Origin: an uncultured Ignavibacteriales bacterium | Lineage (GTDB): Bacteria > Zixibacteria > MSB-5A5 > GN15 > FEB-12 | Reading direction: 5' to 3' | DNA: 64,000 nucleotides | NCBI GenBank assembly: GCA_964526835.1 | Contig: CAZGMK010000015.1 | Location: 3,983-67,982, forward strand | In this document: positions 40,350 through 48,285 of the stretch, piece by piece | Layout: every line of letters begins with the position of its first letter | Position numbering within the stretch: the stretch's first letter is position 1 | Position numbers and translations under genes: made by a program | Notes under the pieces: model-generated | What the model was told of the DNA's origin: nothing | The model's database searches: none | What the model saw: only the letters and a program-made list of their open reading frames with translations

Positions 40350-42740
40350 ATGAACTCACAGCGAACAATACCGACGCAACTGCTGGCCATTGTCGGGGCG
40401 GCGGCGCTGGTGCTGGCGCTAGGGCTGCCGGCGCAGGCGGAGTACAAGTCCGACAGGCCCCCACCGAGACCGTATATTATCGAGGGAGTAGTGACGGTGG
40501 TCTTCGCCGATCATGCCAATCTCTCCAACTACAACGATGGCTTCAAGAGGGCGAACTTCGCCCTGCCGACCCTGGATGCGGTGCTCGAGCAGTTCGAGGC
40601 CGAGTCGGCCAGAAGGCTGTTCCCCTGGGAGAAACAGCGCCCCGACAAGTCATCGAGTATGCCCGACTACACGCGCTACTGGGAAGTGAAGTTCCCCGCC
40701 AAATACGACGTAGCCGAGTTGATCGAGGCCCTGGAGCGGAATCCGAATGTCCGCCAAGCCGAGCCGGTATGGGCCCTGCCGCTGGCAGCCACGCCCAACG
40801 ACCCGAGTTTCAACAGCCAGTGGCACTGGAACAACGGCGGCCTGGATATGGAGGGCGGGTGGGATTACGAGACAGGTAGCGAGTCGATCGTGGTGGCTAT
40901 CATCGATTCCGGCGTCAACCACAATCACCCCGACATCAGGCGGCACCTCTGGATCAATCCTGGCGAGGATATCGACGGCGATATGGAGCCCTTCGATGTG
41001 GACGACCTGAATGGTGTCGACGATGACGACAATGGTGTTGTCGACGACCTCAACGGGTATGATTTCTTCACCGGGATCAGCAATCCGCACCCGGGGGAGG
41101 ATGCCGGCACGCCCGACCCGGACTACAATGACTTCAACGGCCACGGCACCGGCTGCGCCGGAATCGTCTCCGCCATCACCAACAACAGCAGCTACGTGGC
41201 CGGTATGGCCGGCGGCTGGACCGAGGGACAGCGCTTCTACCGTGGGGTGAGCATTATGGCCCTGAGAGTGGGCGCCACCGCCTCCGACGGCAACGGCTAT
41301 GTGAACTCCAATAACTGCGGCACGGCCATTCAGTACGCCGCCCGCAACGGCGCGCATGTCATAAACTGCTCCTGGGGGGCGACCAGCACCGCCACCATGA
41401 ATGCGGGTATGGTCTTGGTTGACTCGGCGGGTGTTACGATTACCCACGCGGCGGGTAACGACAACGCCAACGACCCTGATTACCTGGACGCAGACCCCGG
41501 TGGCGTGCAGGTCCTGTCGGTCGCCTCGGTGACCGGAAGCGATGTCAAGTCGTCGTTCTCCAACTACGGTTTCTGGGTTGACGTGAGCGCCTACGGCGAT
41601 GCCATTCTGATGCCCTGGTCGAACCAGTACAGCCCCACGACCAGCACCTCGTGGGGAACCTCGTTCGCGGCTCCGATGGTGGCCGGGCTGGCGGCCCTGA
41701 TTCGCTCCGCCATGCCGTCGCTCACCAAGGAGCAGGTCGACTCGATCATCATTAACACCGCCGATGACGTCAACGGCGTCAACCCTTCGTACTTCGGCAT
41801 GCTCGGCTCAGGCCGGATCAGCGCCAGCGCAGCGCTCGGCGGCCTGGCCAATGCGAAGTTCGTGGCGGATGTCTACGAGGGCCCGGCCCCCCTCACAGTG
41901 CAGTTCACCGATCAGTCGCCCTACTTGCCGACCGCCTGGACCTGGAGCTTCGGCACCGGCGACAGCGCCGGTGTGCAGAATCCCCAGTATACGTACAACG
42001 ATCCGGGCATCTACGATGTCTCGCTGATAGTCGACGATAGCGTTAGCCTTGGTCCGGGCGAAGAGCATTTGAGAAACCTGATCTGGGTGACCGCCGATAC
42101 CCTCAAGATGGACTCGGTCATTATCGAGCGCGGGGGAACAGCGGTAGTTGGGGTTCGCGTTTCCAATACCTCGCTTCTGGCGGAGCTTCAGTTCGCCTTT
42201 GATTTCACCAACGACGACGGCATCGCGCTGGACAGCTTCACGGTTACAGGTACGCGCACCGATTATTTCTACGATGTCAGTTTGAACGGGCTCTCGGGCC
42301 AGAAGCAGTCCATCAGGTTCCGCCCGGACGACCCCGCGAGCGGCTCCTCGAATTATCTGCCGGCCGACACCGGCGCTATTCTGAACCTGTGGTTCTCGGC
42401 GGCCTCTTACGCACCGCCCGCGGCGGTGGTCGTGATCGACACCACCCACATCGGCACCAAGACAACCAAACTGACCTCGATCTGGGGTGAGCTGGTTCCG
42501 GTGATCGTGCCCGGAAAGGTGGTCGTTAACGCCTGCGGACGCGGCGATGTCGATTGCAGCGGCGCCATCGATATCCAGGATCTGGTTATTCTTGTCGCCT
42601 TCATGTTCCAGGGCGGCCCGCCGCCGGATCCCTGGTATACCGGCGATGTGAACGGCGATGGAGCCGGCCCGTCGATCGACGACCTGGTCTACCTGGTGTC
42701 TTACATGTTCAGTGGCGGCCCGCCCCCTCCGCCGATGTGA
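40350..42740 (+). CDS. Secreted S8 subtilase + PKD + cohesin-like domain + C-terminal dockerin
   Basis: Start moved to MNSQRTIP; triad VAIIDSG, NGHGTGCAG, GTSFAAP; PKD (PLTVQFTDQS...WTWSFG...YTYNDPGIYDVSL); cohesin-like LAELQFAF...GAILNLWF; dockerin GDVDCSG..DIQDL and GDVNGDG..SIDDLVYLVSYMFSGGP. Confidence 0.95.
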   Translation: MNSQRTIPTQLLAIVGAAALVLALGLPAQAEYKSDRPPPRPYIIEGVVTVVFADHANLSNYNDGFKRANFALPTLDAVLEQFEAESARRLFPWEKQRPDKSSSMPDYTRYWEVKFPAKYDVAELIEALERNPNVRQAEPVWALPLAATPNDPSFNSQWHWNNGGLDMEGGWDYETGSESIVVAIIDSGVNHNHPDIRRHLWINPGEDIDGDMEPFDVDDLNGVDDDDNGVVDDLNGYDFFTGISNPHPGEDAGTPDPDYNDFNGHGTGCAGIVSAITNNSSYVAGMAGGWTEGQRFYRGVSIMALRVGATASDGNGYVNSNNCGTAIQYAARNGAHVINCSWGATSTATMNAGMVLVDSAGVTITHAAGNDNANDPDYLDADPGGVQVLSVASVTGSDVKSSFSNYGFWVDVSAYGDAILMPWSNQYSPTTSTSWGTSFAAPMVAGLAALIRSAMPSLTKEQVDSIIINTADDVNGVNPSYFGMLGSGRISASAALGGLANAKFVADVYEGPAPLTVQFTDQSPYLPTAWTWSFGTGDSAGVQNPQYTYNDPGIYDVSLIVDDSVSLGPGEEHLRNLIWVTADTLKMDSVIIERGGTAVVGVRVSNTSLLAELQFAFDFTNDDGIALDSFTVTGTRTDYFYDVSLNGLSGQKQSIRFRPDDPASGSSNYLPADTGAILNLWFSAASYAPPAAVVVIDTTHIGTKTTKLTSIWGELVPVIVPGKVVVNACGRGDVDCSGAIDIQDLVILVAFMFQGGPPPDPWYTGDVNGDGAGPSIDDLVYLVSYMFSGGPPPPPM

Positions 42741-42807
42741 GGTGACACCTCGCCGCTTCAAGTGAACTTCTCGCGGGCAGATGTATATCATCCGCCCGCA
42801 GTAACTG

Positions 42808-42844
42808 CGCCCGGTGAACATATAACTGTCACCGGGCGTTTTTT
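42808..42844 (+). terminator. Rho-independent terminator
   Basis: CGCCCGGTGA...TCACCGGGCG followed by TTTTTT. Confidence 0.8.
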
Positions 42845-42847
42845 CTA

Positions 42848-42876
42848 TTGACGCCTTGCTTGCCGGGCAGTATCAT
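42848..42876 (+). promoter_or_regulatory. Sigma70-type promoter
   Basis: TTGACG-N17-TATCAT upstream of 43062. Confidence 0.6.
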
Positions 42877-43061
42877 TTGCCGCATAAGGTGAGTCATGCG
42901 GTGTGAAAATGCATGCGGGCCTGCCCCTTTTGCAAGGAGGTGACGCCTGATCAAAAAGCGTTAACTGATTTTACCTTGTTTGACTCGTTAATTGCCATAC
43001 GTTGACAGATAGATTGAAGAGAATGGTAGTGTTTAGATAGACGCATGGAGGCTATGCAAGT

Positions 43062-43946
43062 ATGAAGACAAAGTTATTGACAGTTCTGGCGGTTTTGACT
43101 CTGGGCGCCTGCGGCCTGGCGTGGGGGCAGAGTGTATCTGTGGACCATGTTGACGGCACGCTCATCGGCTCCGATACCCTGATGCAAGACAGCACGTACA
43201 CTTTCTATCTTCGTTGGCAAGGTCCTGCTGATCGTAACGTGGACGGGGTCACTACGGGCTGGCGGGTACACTCGCCTGATGGCGGCACTTGGACTACGAC
43301 TGTCATTGACACAACCGGTACCCTGGGAGGAGCCCAATTCGATTTGGTCTGGCAGCTTCAGCCAGCCGGGTGGGAAGGTAATGTTACCGGCTCTGGTGCT
43401 GATACGATCGGTGTAGGCGGCGCCAAGATGTTTGGTCCGGGCATGCCGGCAGGCTTTGACGATATCGTCAACACCATCACCATCGGCCCGATCGGCCAGG
43501 ATGACGGTAAGCAGATTTGTCTGGACTCTTCGTACTACCCACCGTCCGGTCTGTGGAAGTGGGCTGCAGAGGGTAGCGTTGACTATTTCCCTGTCTGGGA
43601 CGGTCCGCATTGCTATACCATTGAAGTTGCAAGCGACGTTTCCGCCCGTCCCTCCGATGGCCTGCCCACCCGGTGGATGATGAGCCAGAACTACCCGAAC
43701 CCGTTCAACCCGACCACCGAGATCGCTTTCGACGTCCCCTCGCGCTCTCATGTCACCCTGAATGTGTACAACGTTCTCGGCCAGCAGGTGGCGACCCTTG
43801 TCGACCAGGAGCTGGCCCGCGGGAGCTACACGGCCGACTGGGACGGTACCAGCACCTCCGGGACCGCCGCGGCCAGCGGGGTTTACTTCTACCGTCTGGA
43901 AGCCGACCAATACATCGACACCAAGAAAATGGTGCTGATGAAGTAG
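43062..43946 (+). CDS. Small secreted protein: one novel Cys-containing domain + T9SS-like CTD
   Basis: GGAGG RBS; signal peptide; domain homologous to the N-terminus of 20037 (TGSGADT, GPGMP, CLDSSYYPPSGLWKWA, WDGPHC); QNYPNPFNP...KKMVLMK. Confidence 0.9.
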   Translation: MKTKLLTVLAVLTLGACGLAWGQSVSVDHVDGTLIGSDTLMQDSTYTFYLRWQGPADRNVDGVTTGWRVHSPDGGTWTTTVIDTTGTLGGAQFDLVWQLQPAGWEGNVTGSGADTIGVGGAKMFGPGMPAGFDDIVNTITIGPIGQDDGKQICLDSSYYPPSGLWKWAAEGSVDYFPVWDGPHCYTIEVASDVSARPSDGLPTRWMMSQNYPNPFNPTTEIAFDVPSRSHVTLNVYNVLGQQVATLVDQELARGSYTADWDGTSTSGTAAASGVYFYRLEADQYIDTKKMVLMK

Positions 43947-43972
43947 CCGGTCCGACAAAGTTGATTTTCATG

Positions 43973-44003
43973 GCCCCCGTCGCCCTGGCGGGGGCTTTTC
44001 TTT
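43973..44003 (+). terminator. Rho-independent terminator
   Basis: GCCCCCGTC-GCCCT-GGCGGGGGC followed by TTTTCTTT. Confidence 0.75.
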
Positions 44004-44218
44004 GAGGCGTCCCGGCAGTTCGAGGCCGACACGGCGGGCTTGTTGACAGACCTCGGTTTGCCCAATGACACCGCGGAGACAAGCCCCGGGGACTGCGCGG
44101 TAAGGGCCCCTGCAAATGGCCCAGGAGCGAAGCTCCGCGGCACCCGTGGGGTGGTTTGTCGGCCGGAATTGTTGGCGGGTTGTAATATGTTGCAACACAA
44201 TAGCTTGAGTGAATGTAG

Positions 44219-44247
44219 TTGACTTGCACCGACGATTTCCCTATTAT
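44219..44247 (+). promoter_or_regulatory. Sigma70-type promoter
   Basis: TTGACT-N17-TATTAT, ~55 nt before the GH35-like start. Confidence 0.6.
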
Positions 44248-44303
44248 GGTAATCTGAATGAGACGGGGATAATTGTTAAGTTGTTGAAGCATAAGGCGTT
44301 AGA

Positions 44304-46490
44304 ATGCTAGGAATCATCGGTAATCGCTTCTCCATCGGCCGGGAGACTTATCCGCCGTTTTCCGCCGAGATGCACTATTTTCGTATTGAGAAACGCTACT
44401 GGTCGATCTGCTTCGAGCGTATCAAGCGCGCAGGGTTCAAGATCATTGCCTCGGCTGTTCCGTGGAATGTCCATCAGACTCCCGACAAGCACTTCGACTT
44501 CGCCGGCCTGACCGACCCGAAAAAGGACTTGATTGTCTTCCTTGAGCTCGCCCGTGAGTTTGGCTTCAAGGTCATTCTCCGGCCGGGTCCCTGGGTGGCC
44601 GGGCAGATCAAGTACGGCGGTTTGCCCAGGCACATCTTCTCGGACCTGAAGTTCTTTGCCCGCGATGCCTCCGGGCAGGAGCTCGAGTTGCCGGATGATT
44701 GCGGGGTCGAGGGCGGTTACCTCCCCAGCTACATGCACAAGAATTTCCAGTTTCACATGCGGAATTACTTCAAGACCCTCATCGAGGTTACCAAGAACTA
44801 TGTGCACCCGCGGGGTCCTGTCTTCATGGTGGAGCTGGACTACGAAACTTCCTACGGCCGCCAACTCCACCCGGGCAGCGCCGATTACAACCCCGATGTG
44901 GTTCGCGAATTCTATCCGCCTTTCCTTGAGGAGCGATACGAGGAGATCAAGAAGCTCAACCAGGCCTACAAGGAAAAGAATGCCGATTTCGCCTCGGTCG
45001 AGCCGCCGCGCAAGTTCGAGGATCTGGATATCAAGGAATATCCGAAGGCGCTCGACTGGATGCGGTTCCGCCAGCACATGCTTCGCGAGTACCTTGAGAT
45101 AGTTGAGGAGATTTTCAAGTCGTATACGGTAGAACCGCTTATTGTGCGGTCGCTCTACTTCCGGCCGGGCGATATCCTGCCGGCTTTCGATCTGGTTCCG
45201 GAGGATCGCCAGCCCTTCCTGGGGACCAATGTGTTCCCGCATCACGGCAACTACTTCGATCTGACGGTCAAGGCCCGCTACCTGCTGGCCGAGCACGGCT
45301 TCGCCTTTGCCAGCTCGTTCGTCAGCGGCGCCGCGGCTACTGATCCCAGGCGCGAAGAAGCCATCAGCCCGGTGCGCAACAACGCCCGGCGCTTCTACCT
45401 TTCGGCCAGCATATCGGCCGGGTTCGGCGGCCTGAACCACTACATGTTCGTGGATCGTGACCACTGGTACGGAGCGCCGCTGCACAGCGACGGCACTGTA
45501 TCCGACGGTTACGAGATTGTCAGCCGGTTCAATCAGCGTATCACTGAGATCGGCCTGGAGCAGATGGAATTCAAGAATGACATCGCCGTGGTCGGCAACC
45601 GCTTCTACTACTGGCTGGCTGAGCTGGAAGGCGGCAAGAACTTCGCCTACGTCAACCGCCTGCTGGATGATTCCGTGGTTGGTTTCTGCCGCGATCTGAT
45701 GCGTCTCAAACTCAACTTTGGCGTTCGTGAGAATCGTACGTGGCAGAATATGAATGACTATAAGCTGCTGTTCATTCCCACGACAGAAGTCATGTCTGAA
45801 ACCGACCAGGAGGCCATCATCGAACTGGTCAAGGACGGGGCCAATGTGATTCTGTGCGGCCTGATGCCTCGATACGACGAGAACCTCAAGGATTGCTCAG
45901 TGCTGGCCAACCACTTCCGCATTCGCACCACTGTCGACTACCATATCGATACGGTGAGTCACAAGGACGGAGCCTTCCCGTGTTATGTCTACGGCTCCAT
46001 CCGGACTACCGACGATTCCAAGACCCGCAGGGTATGTAAGAGCGGCGCCAAAACCGTCGGTATCTGCTCGTCCCGCTTCAAGGGTTCGCTCCACTTGTTC
46101 TCGTTTGACGTTGCTTCCGGCGGCAATCACAAGAAACTGGCCTTCATGGAGTCCATCCTTGACAGCCTCAAGGTCAGCAGCTGCTTCTACTGCAGCGACC
46201 CGTCGGTCGACATCTCTTTCAAGCATGACGGCAAGCGCGGCCTGCTTTTCGTGGTAGCTCCCCCGGCCGGTGAGTTGTCGGACAGCTTCGAGTCCAGACA
46301 GAAGGAAGTAATCATTAAGGCGGATCTTCGCGCTTCCGGATACAAGGGGGCGAGGTTCAAGTTGACCGATCTATTCGCCGATCCGGAGACGGTCAGGCCG
46401 ATCAAGACCACCGCCAAGGAGCTAAGAGATGGGCTGGCGCTGGACATCAACTTCCCTGACGGGCACATGTACCTGGTGCAGAAACGATAG
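44304..46490 (+). CDS. GH35-like beta-galactosidase-fold protein with degenerate active-site motifs
   Basis: SAEMHYFR, VPWNVH, VILRPGP...GGLP, GPVFMV, GLNHYMF; GH42-type trimerisation-like region; no signal peptide. Confidence 0.85.
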   Translation: MLGIIGNRFSIGRETYPPFSAEMHYFRIEKRYWSICFERIKRAGFKIIASAVPWNVHQTPDKHFDFAGLTDPKKDLIVFLELAREFGFKVILRPGPWVAGQIKYGGLPRHIFSDLKFFARDASGQELELPDDCGVEGGYLPSYMHKNFQFHMRNYFKTLIEVTKNYVHPRGPVFMVELDYETSYGRQLHPGSADYNPDVVREFYPPFLEERYEEIKKLNQAYKEKNADFASVEPPRKFEDLDIKEYPKALDWMRFRQHMLREYLEIVEEIFKSYTVEPLIVRSLYFRPGDILPAFDLVPEDRQPFLGTNVFPHHGNYFDLTVKARYLLAEHGFAFASSFVSGAAATDPRREEAISPVRNNARRFYLSASISAGFGGLNHYMFVDRDHWYGAPLHSDGTVSDGYEIVSRFNQRITEIGLEQMEFKNDIAVVGNRFYYWLAELEGGKNFAYVNRLLDDSVVGFCRDLMRLKLNFGVRENRTWQNMNDYKLLFIPTTEVMSETDQEAIIELVKDGANVILCGLMPRYDENLKDCSVLANHFRIRTTVDYHIDTVSHKDGAFPCYVYGSIRTTDDSKTRRVCKSGAKTVGICSSRFKGSLHLFSFDVASGGNHKKLAFMESILDSLKVSSCFYCSDPSVDISFKHDGKRGLLFVVAPPAGELSDSFESRQKEVIIKADLRASGYKGARFKLTDLFADPETVRPIKTTAKELRDGLALDINFPDGHMYLVQKR

Positions 46491-46512
46491 CTCAATAGAG
46501 GGATACAAATTC

Positions 46513-48240
46513 ATGTCATTCTCCCGGTTCGGCCGCTGCCTGCTGCAGGCGGTGCTGGCTTTATGTCTGCTGCTACCGTCGTGCGACAAAGTTGAAACCA
46601 CCAAATTCTACCGCGACGGAATGGTGGTCAGCGCCTCGGAGATCGCGGGCGAGATCGGCGCCGATATTATCGGCAAGCAGAAGGGGAACGCCTTCGACGC
46701 CGCCGTGGCGGTGGCCTTTGCCCTGGCTGTAGTCCATCCTGAGGCCGGCAATATCGGTGGCGGTGGTTTTGCGTTGACGTATCACGCCGACTCGGCTCTG
46801 GTTCGGGCCCTCGACTTTCGCGAGACCGCACCGGCAGCCGCAACCGCAACGATGTACCTGGATTCGGCGGGAGAGGTGATCGAGAACGCCTCCACCTACG
46901 GCGCGATGGCAGTAGGAGTTCCCGGGGCCGTGGCGGGCCTCTATGAACTGCATCGCGCTTACGGCAGCCTTCCCTGGGGCCGATTGCTGGAGCCGGCTAT
47001 CGCCCTCGCCAGGTCCGGTTTCGTCGTCGATGAGTACCTCCACGAGTCCCTCAAGAAGCATCAACAGAGATTATCCGGGTTCGAGCCTACGGCCAGGGTG
47101 TTTCTGCCGGGCGGGTCGGTCCCCGCAGAGGGCGATCTGCTCGTTATCGATGATTTGGCCATCACGCTGCAGGCCATCGCCGACAACGGACCGAGTGCCT
47201 TCTACGATGGGGAGATTGCCGAGAAGATCGTCCGAGCAATGGAAGAGCATGGTGGTCTGATCAGTCGGGATGACCTGGCCGCATATCAAGCGGAATGGCT
47301 GTCCCCGCTGCGTTTCAGGTTCGACTCCTGCGTGGTTTACTCGATGCCGCCGCCGTCATCCGGAGGTGTCTGCATCGCCCAGATCCTGAAGATGCTGGAG
47401 CCGTGGTCACTCGAGCGGCTGACTCCCTCATCGCCCCAGTACATGCACTTGTTTGCTGAGGCATCGCGCCTGGCCTTTGCCGATCGTTCGGAGTACCTGG
47501 GGGATCCCCGTTTCGTCTCGACTCCGACCGCAGAGCTTTACAGCGACAGCTACCTCGAGACCAGGCGCAAGCTGATCGATCCCGGTCACGCCACCCCCTC
47601 GGAGCACATTCTCCCCGGCGAGCCGCTCGGTACCGAGCCGGATCAAACCACCCACTTCTGTGTCGCCGACGGCGCCGGCAACCTTGTGTCGCTTACCTAT
47701 ACTCTCAACACCGCCTATGGCTCGAAGCTGGTGGTCGATGGCGCCGGGTTCCTGCTGAACAACGAAATGGACGATTTCTCGATCAAGCCGGGGCATGCCA
47801 ATGTCTATGGCCTGGTCGGAGGCGAAGCCAACAGGATTGAACCCGGCAAACGCATGCTCAGCTCGATGTCGCCGACGATTGTCTTTGAGACCCGGCAGGG
47901 CGAGGAGTTCCCGTACATGGTGCTCGGGAGTCCCGGCGGCTCGAAGATCATAACCACTGTGGCACAAGCAATACTGGGCGTGATCCGATTCGGATTGGAC
48001 GCTGAGGAAGTTGTCGCTCAGCCACGTTTCCATCATCAGTGGAAGCCTGACCTGCTCTATCTGGAGCAGGGCGCCTACGATATCAACATCACCCAGGAGT
48101 TGATTCGCCTCGGTCACACCGTTCGTGAACGCGAGCCCTACGGCGATCTTCAGCTTATTCTGTTGCAGTCCGAGATTGGGCTGATGAGCGGCGCTTCCGA
48201 TCCGCGCGGAAACGGCGTTGTCGTCGGCGTGGGGTACTGA
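46513..48240 (+). CDS. ggt: Gamma-glutamyltransferase, probable lipoprotein
   Basis: GNAFDAAVA, HPEAGNIGGGGF, LDFRETAP, autoprocessing QTTHF, LNNEMDDFS, RMLSSMSPT, GSPGGSKI, SDPR; lipobox LLPSC. Confidence 0.97.
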   Translation: MSFSRFGRCLLQAVLALCLLLPSCDKVETTKFYRDGMVVSASEIAGEIGADIIGKQKGNAFDAAVAVAFALAVVHPEAGNIGGGGFALTYHADSALVRALDFRETAPAAATATMYLDSAGEVIENASTYGAMAVGVPGAVAGLYELHRAYGSLPWGRLLEPAIALARSGFVVDEYLHESLKKHQQRLSGFEPTARVFLPGGSVPAEGDLLVIDDLAITLQAIADNGPSAFYDGEIAEKIVRAMEEHGGLISRDDLAAYQAEWLSPLRFRFDSCVVYSMPPPSSGGVCIAQILKMLEPWSLERLTPSSPQYMHLFAEASRLAFADRSEYLGDPRFVSTPTAELYSDSYLETRRKLIDPGHATPSEHILPGEPLGTEPDQTTHFCVADGAGNLVSLTYTLNTAYGSKLVVDGAGFLLNNEMDDFSIKPGHANVYGLVGGEANRIEPGKRMLSSMSPTIVFETRQGEEFPYMVLGSPGGSKIITTVAQAILGVIRFGLDAEEVVAQPRFHHQWKPDLLYLEQGAYDINITQELIRLGHTVREREPYGDLQLILLQSEIGLMSGASDPRGNGVVVGVGY

Positions 48241-48285
48241 TTCTCCGCAATTCGGCGGGATATCGAGTGGGTTGCTGGATTCGGT

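Noticed and set aside
20658-42821. Long antisense ORFs (e.g. 20658-22676, 25659-27266, 38576-40042, and the 279-bp periodic MPSPLSVNEAP ORFs)
   Set aside because: Shadows of GC-rich, codon-biased sense genes; the periodicity mirrors the Ig repeats.
18504-43946. A true cellulosome
   Set aside because: No dockerin-bearing glycoside hydrolase, CBM3 or SLH domain is visible in the window.
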